Shown piece by piece: positions 60,079 through 64,000 of a stretch of 64,000 bases of DNA; position 1 is the stretch's first letter; the number at the start of each line of letters is the position of its first letter. Below the pieces are notes generated by a model. That model searched no databases and had not been told where the DNA came from. It saw only the letters and a program-made list of their open reading frames with translations. Source of the DNA: Candidatus Enterousia sp. (GTDB lineage: Bacteria; Pseudomonadota; Alphaproteobacteria; Rs-D84); assembly GCA_045612805.1 (NCBI GenBank), contig JAZKZR010000008.1, positions 6,276 to 70,275 of the forward strand, given 5' to 3'. The position numbers were made by a program, and so were the translations under genes.

Positions 60079-60822
60079 TTATTCCGCGCGGACAACACGG
60101 CAAAAGACGACGCCATATACCCCCGCCGCGCCCGCACGCCGCAGAACGCGCGAAAGTTCATTAAATGTTGCACCCGATGTCATAACATCATCGACCAATA
60201 AAATCTTTTTCCCGCGCAACGCATCGCGGTTTTTAACACTGAATACGCCGCGAATATGTTGTGCGCGCTGTGCGTGCGTTTTGTGTCCCATATTTGGACG
60301 ATATTTACGATGCACACTGTTAAAGTCAATCGGCGCACCATACGCACGCGCGATTTCCCGCGACAGCAATGTTGCCTGGTTATATCCGCGTTGAAACAGG
60401 CGCCGATTCGCAAGTGGCACTGGCATAATCAAATCCGGTTTAATATCAACATCGCGCAGTGCCCATATCATCGCATGCGACATAAATCGTGCGAACTTTA
60501 TGCGGCCGCCATGCTTAAACGGCAACATAACAGACCGCGACATATCATCATATCGACATGCGGCACGAACATATTCCAATTCGTTCTTGCCCGCGGCGCA
60601 CACCGGACACAAAGATTTCTTGTTCGATTCGTATTCATCGGGGAACGGATAGCCACAGCATGCACAATGCGCCCCATCAATCCAATCAAAATACCCAAAA
60701 CAATCATCGCACAATTCACCGTGCTTTTTCACCCGCGCCGAACATATCGGACAAGACGGCGGAAACAAAAAATCAATGATTGAATTAAAACATTTGCGAC
60801 AAAAAGACCCGAACACAGACAC
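60079..60822 (-). CDS. comF: ComF-family phosphoribosyltransferase-domain protein
   Basis: N-terminal Cys4 zinc finger (CPIC...CDDC) and a C-terminal PRTase motif ILLVDDVMTSGAT. Confidence 0.75.
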   Translation of the reverse strand: MSVFGSFCRKCFNSIIDFLFPPSCPICSARVKKHGELCDDCFGYFDWIDGAHCACCGYPFPDEYESNKKSLCPVCAAGKNELEYVRAACRYDDMSRSVMLPFKHGGRIKFARFMSHAMIWALRDVDIKPDLIMPVPLANRRLFQRGYNQATLLSREIARAYGAPIDFNSVHRKYRPNMGHKTHAQRAQHIRGVFSVKNRDALRGKKILLVDDVMTSGATFNELSRVLRRAGAAGVYGVVFCRVVRAE

Positions 60823-60828
60823 GGTGCA

Positions 60829-62184
60829 TTACCAACTTAAACTTTTATATTTTTTCGAACTGGTCCCGTATTTATTGCGCGTTTGCTTGGTAAGTGTTTC
60901 ATATTGTTCATTTGAAATCACACGCAGGACAAAACCTTCTTCGTCACGACTTGATAAAATCGGAACAATGCGATTTTCCGAAACGCCCGTATCGCGCAAA
61001 ACCTGTTCCACAATTGCCAGACGTCGCGCTGCAAGTTTCCGCGCATCGGTTGTTTCGGTTGCAACCGCCGGAATTGCGATTTGAATTGCGCGCTTTGGAT
61101 TGCTGACCACTATGCCGGCGTATTCCGAAAGTAAATTGTAATTTTCACGCGACAATGCCGAATCGGTATTTTTGAATTTTATTTTTATTTCCAACGGACG
61201 AATTCTGTCAGATTCTTCGGACAAATCACGCGTGGATGTAAAACCTTCAATGGATGTGTCAATATCACTTGCCGCATCAAAACGGTCATCAATCGGGTAT
61301 GTAGAAAGGTGTTTGTTTTCCGACAAAAATGTTTTCCTGAACGCGCGACGCAATTCCGACGGTGTCATATTTTTCATATCGTTTCGAACTTCTTCGATTT
61401 TAGGTGACGCGTTTTTGCGTGCGACACGGGTGATTACATCGTCACCATCTTCGTCACGTGGCACCACAAGACGCGAAAGTTTTACACCATCGCCCACAGG
61501 TTCCGCAACACCGGCCAGTGTTCGTGTTGGCACCCGTTCCGGTGTGGCCGCAATTTCACGCGTTGGATTTATTGCGACCGACCCGGAAGAATAAATGTTT
61601 GTTTCAACCGATGGTAAATCCGCAACCGGACGCACCGCGACCGATTCTTCGGCGCGACGTTGCATATCCATTAAACGCGTAATCTGTGCATCCAGCGCAC
61701 TGGTCCGGACGGCCAATTCAGAAATTTCGTCATCGCGGTCATTGTTGCGCGCAACCACGGGAATCGGCGCCGGCGCAATCTCTTCCTCTGGCAAAACATC
61801 ATTTGATGTTAGGATCGAAAATTCATTCGCATGCGGCATACGCAATGGCGTGTCATTTTTTGCCCACAAATCAGAACTCGGCCGATTCGGAAGCAAATAA
61901 TCCGCCATAACCGCACTGCGCGTATTTACATCATTTGCGAAATTTTGTGTGGTGGCCGTGCGTGCGACAACACGTTTTTTATCCGTCACCGGATGCACCG
62001 AATCCGCAACCCGCGACGCAACAACCGACACCGGGCGCGCGCCGCGCGTTGATACCGTTGTCAAACCGTATTGTTCGCGTGCCGAAACCGCCGCCCCTGA
62101 TGTATTTACCGCCGGCAACCGTGCGCCCGCAAAGGCCGGCAAAACCAACAAAAATCCCAATCCAGAAACCAGAGTTCGTTTCAT
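60829..62184 (-). CDS. secreted protein with a C-terminal OmpA/MotB-like peptidoglycan-binding domain
   Basis: Signal peptide MKRTLVSGLGFLLVLPAFAGA. The C-terminal DARKLAARRLAIVEQVLRDTGV...RVI resembles the OmpA_C fold. Confidence 0.5.
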   Translation of the reverse strand: MKRTLVSGLGFLLVLPAFAGARLPAVNTSGAAVSAREQYGLTTVSTRGARPVSVVASRVADSVHPVTDKKRVVARTATTQNFANDVNTRSAVMADYLLPNRPSSDLWAKNDTPLRMPHANEFSILTSNDVLPEEEIAPAPIPVVARNNDRDDEISELAVRTSALDAQITRLMDMQRRAEESVAVRPVADLPSVETNIYSSGSVAINPTREIAATPERVPTRTLAGVAEPVGDGVKLSRLVVPRDEDGDDVITRVARKNASPKIEEVRNDMKNMTPSELRRAFRKTFLSENKHLSTYPIDDRFDAASDIDTSIEGFTSTRDLSEESDRIRPLEIKIKFKNTDSALSRENYNLLSEYAGIVVSNPKRAIQIAIPAVATETTDARKLAARRLAIVEQVLRDTGVSENRIVPILSSRDEEGFVLRVISNEQYETLTKQTRNKYGTSSKKYKSLSW

Positions 62185-62242
62185 GTTCCTTTCCTTCCTT
62201 ACCCCATCATAGAACAATTCACGAATCGCACGCAAGTGTTTT

Positions 62243-62275
62243 TTATAGTGCAAGTGGAAAGTGTTAGTGGTTAGT
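62243..62275. repeat. partial heptad repeat copy H
   Basis: gtggaaagtgttagtggttagtatcgg. Confidence 0.5.
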
Positions 62276-62301
62276 ATCGGATAAAAAACCATATAATCAA
62301 T

Positions 62302-62970
62302 TTAACGACCGGTGTTTGCAATATCGGCAATCGGCACCCCCGCATTTATTGCCGCAAGCCGGGCCTTTTTTGCCGCACAACTTCCAAGTTCTGATAAATG
62401 TTCCGATAAAACCTTGCCACGACGTTCAATAAAGTTTTTATATCGTGGATTATTAATTACATTTATTTTATCCCCAACGCCATCCGCAATAAGTTCATAT
62501 TTATCTTCGCCATTGTAATAAATTTTCCACTGGTCAACCTGTTGAACTACGGAATCTATATTGGCCATACTGCGATAATAACGACGACGTATAACATCTT
62601 CGGGAACATCGTGCCCACCAAGCGCAACACGTTGTTTAACACGCGCAATATTTTGTTCCAGTGACGCCAATAGCACATAAACAAAAATTATTTGATACCC
62701 GTTTTCACGTGCTTGCTTTATATAATTATTGTTTCCCGAAAGTGTCGTTTCAAAAATAAAAGAATCGTGTGTAGAAAATAATTCTTTCATTTTTTGTAAA
62801 ACGATACGACCGGCAACCTGGGGGCGAACATTGTTTTCGCGCTGAACATCGTCGGTATTAAGAAATTTTATTCCCGGATTTTCACCGATAATTTCCCGTG
62901 CAAGTGTGGTTTTACCCGAACCATTAGGCCCCGCAATAAGATAAAGAATTTTGCTGTTATAAATTTGCAT
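62302..62970 (-). CDS. zeta-toxin-family P-loop kinase-like protein
   Basis: Walker A LIAGPNGSGKTT and a ...LGGHDVPEDVIRRRY region typical of the Zeta_toxin / AAA_33 kinase fold. No adjacent antitoxin-like gene. Confidence 0.55.
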   Translation of the reverse strand: MQIYNSKILYLIAGPNGSGKTTLAREIIGENPGIKFLNTDDVQRENNVRPQVAGRIVLQKMKELFSTHDSFIFETTLSGNNNYIKQARENGYQIIFVYVLLASLEQNIARVKQRVALGGHDVPEDVIRRRYYRSMANIDSVVQQVDQWKIYYNGEDKYELIADGVGDKINVINNPRYKNFIERRGKVLSEHLSELGSCAAKKARLAAINAGVPIADIANTGR

Positions 62971-63029
62971 AATATTAAATCCCGCCTAATCATAACATTC
63001 TTTTTTATATTTGCAAGCAACAAACAATC

Positions 63030-63057
63030 AAAAACCCGCAAAAATGCGGGTTTTTAT
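63030..63057. terminator. terminator of the 63073 gene (minus strand)
   Basis: aaaaacccgcaaaaatgcgggttttta. Confidence 0.65.
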
Positions 63058-63072
63058 CTAAGATTATTTTCT

Positions 63073-63372
63073 TTAATAACACCCCCCACAATATTCGGCA
63101 CGTGTCGGGTGTGGTGCACAATCAACAACTGGGATATTGTTGTAATTTACGGCCGGTGCCGTATAAACTGGTGTGCCCCCAGCAACCACCACGGGCTCAA
63201 CGCGCGCATATTCACAGTTTACTTCGGTAATAACCGCACGATGTTCGCGCGCCGCACGTTCCAATGTTGCACGCATTGCCGCCGGGTCGCAATTATTCGT
63301 ACGAACACGATAGTAATCCGCCATTGCCGGCACAGTCGCCATCGCAATCAAAGCAAAAAATAATTTTTTCAT
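63073..63372 (-). CDS. small secreted Cys-containing protein (99 aa)
   Basis: Signal peptide MKKLFFALIAMATVPAMA and 6 Cys in the mature part. Confidence 0.45.
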   Translation of the reverse strand: MKKLFFALIAMATVPAMADYYRVRTNNCDPAAMRATLERAAREHRAVITEVNCEYARVEPVVVAGGTPVYTAPAVNYNNIPVVDCAPHPTRAEYCGGCY

Positions 63373-63558
63373 TTTTAATCCTTTTGTTTTTTACACCATG
63401 CAATATAGCACAAACATTATTGTTGTCAAGCAAAGATTCGATTTTTTAATAATTGCATAATTAGGAAAACAAGCAACGGAAAAACCTCTTGTCCTAGGAA
63501 CATATTTCAATTATAATAAGAACATACAAATAAAATCTAGTTTTATCAAAAAGGAGAG

Positions 63559-63810
63559 ATGATGACACATGATGATTTATGGCGGGCGATAGTTAAACTT
63601 GCGGCATCGCGGAATATGTCTTGTTCGGGGTTGGCCAAGTTTGCGGGACTTGACGCAACGACATTTAACAAAAGCAAGCGGTTTAGCAAATATGGTCAAC
63701 CGCGTTGGCCATCAACATACAGTTTGGCCAAAGTTTTGAACGCCACTGGCATCACCATGTCTGAATTTGTGCATTTTATGCCGGAACAGAGCAAAGATAC
63801 ACAAAAATAG
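63559..63810 (+). CDS. small HTH DNA-binding protein (phage-repressor-N-terminal-like, no peptidase domain)
   Basis: MSCSGLAKFAGLDATTFNKSKR...WPSTYSLAKVLNATGITMSEF HTH pattern; SD aaaggagag. Confidence 0.5.
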   Translation: MMTHDDLWRAIVKLAASRNMSCSGLAKFAGLDATTFNKSKRFSKYGQPRWPSTYSLAKVLNATGITMSEFVHFMPEQSKDTQK

Positions 63811-63817
63811 GCACAAA

Positions 63818-63848
63818 AAATCCCGCCCACACGGGCGGGGAATTGGTT
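63818..63848. terminator. bidirectional hairpin terminator
   Basis: cccgccc-acac-gggcggg; a T-run follows on the minus-strand side. Confidence 0.55.
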
Positions 63849-64000
63849 ATTTGTTATGGGACATGAGATGTGCAATTCTTTGACACCAATACTTGTGACG
63901 TAAATCGTCCGGCATATCACATGCTGTCTTATAATTTTTTACTGTAATTTTACCAGAATCATACTTAATAACAACAACCGGTTTATGACCCCGAAAATGA
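63847..64000 (-). CDS. 3' end of a gene continuing beyond the window (…DMPDDLRHKYWCQRIAHLMSHNK*)
   Basis: Open in-frame to the window edge, followed by a terminator. Function unknown. Confidence 0.25.
   Translation of the reverse strand, partial: HFRGHKPVVVIKYDSGKITVKNYKTACDMPDDLRHKYWCQRIAHLMSHNK

Noticed and set aside
1-64000. CRISPR arrays, rRNA genes, tmRNA, RNase P RNA, SRP RNA
   Set aside because: Scanned by eye for regular direct-repeat/spacer periodicity and for conserved RNA motifs. Only the heptad/hairpin repeats and three tRNAs were found. A GGAAAGTCCGG-like string at ~12340 lies inside gyrA coding sequence.

Overview
A 64 kb chromosomal segment, most likely from a host-associated alphaproteobacterium. 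The taxon guess is an inference from gene content and order (lptD-surA, nusA-infB, rplU-rpmA, a short ~800 aa ValRS, PPDK, reduced dcw cluster). The conserved backbone includes yidC, lspA, ksgA, recR, gyrA, rpmH, rpmE, uvrD, dnaQ, infB, nusA, lptF/G, lptD, rlmN, mrcA-mraY-ftsW-murG, rplU-rpmA, ppdK and valS. Three tRNAs are present (Glu, Tyr, Gly); there is no rRNA and no CRISPR. Mixed into the backbone are several accessory features. (1) A 6.6 kb array of five paralogous polytopic membrane proteins at 15224-21815: one gene sits divergent to four translationally coupled ones, possibly VirB6/TrbL-like, with no other T4SS genes nearby. (2) Three direct copies of the last ~40 bp of dnaQ delimit two inserted single-gene cassettes, with a stand-alone PPDK-N (ATP-grasp) domain protein beyond them. 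(3) A family of three large secreted Cys-rich proteins with eukaryote-like CxC..GY..C..C repeats; two of them flank rplU-rpmA. (4) A recurrent composite intergenic repeat (TTAGTGG heptads plus GTCATTCC and GATACCGC hairpins) in at least 8 full or partial copies. (5) A promoter-SD-ORF-terminator mini-gene encoding a 36 aa hydrophobic peptide. (6) A direct repeat of the tRNA-Glu 3' end 160 bp downstream of the tRNA. (7) A TrpF-like/ACP-like AT-rich islet, an orphan zeta-toxin-like kinase and a PagL-like lipid A deacylase. All functional calls rest on motif recognition by eye from the translations; no database search was run.
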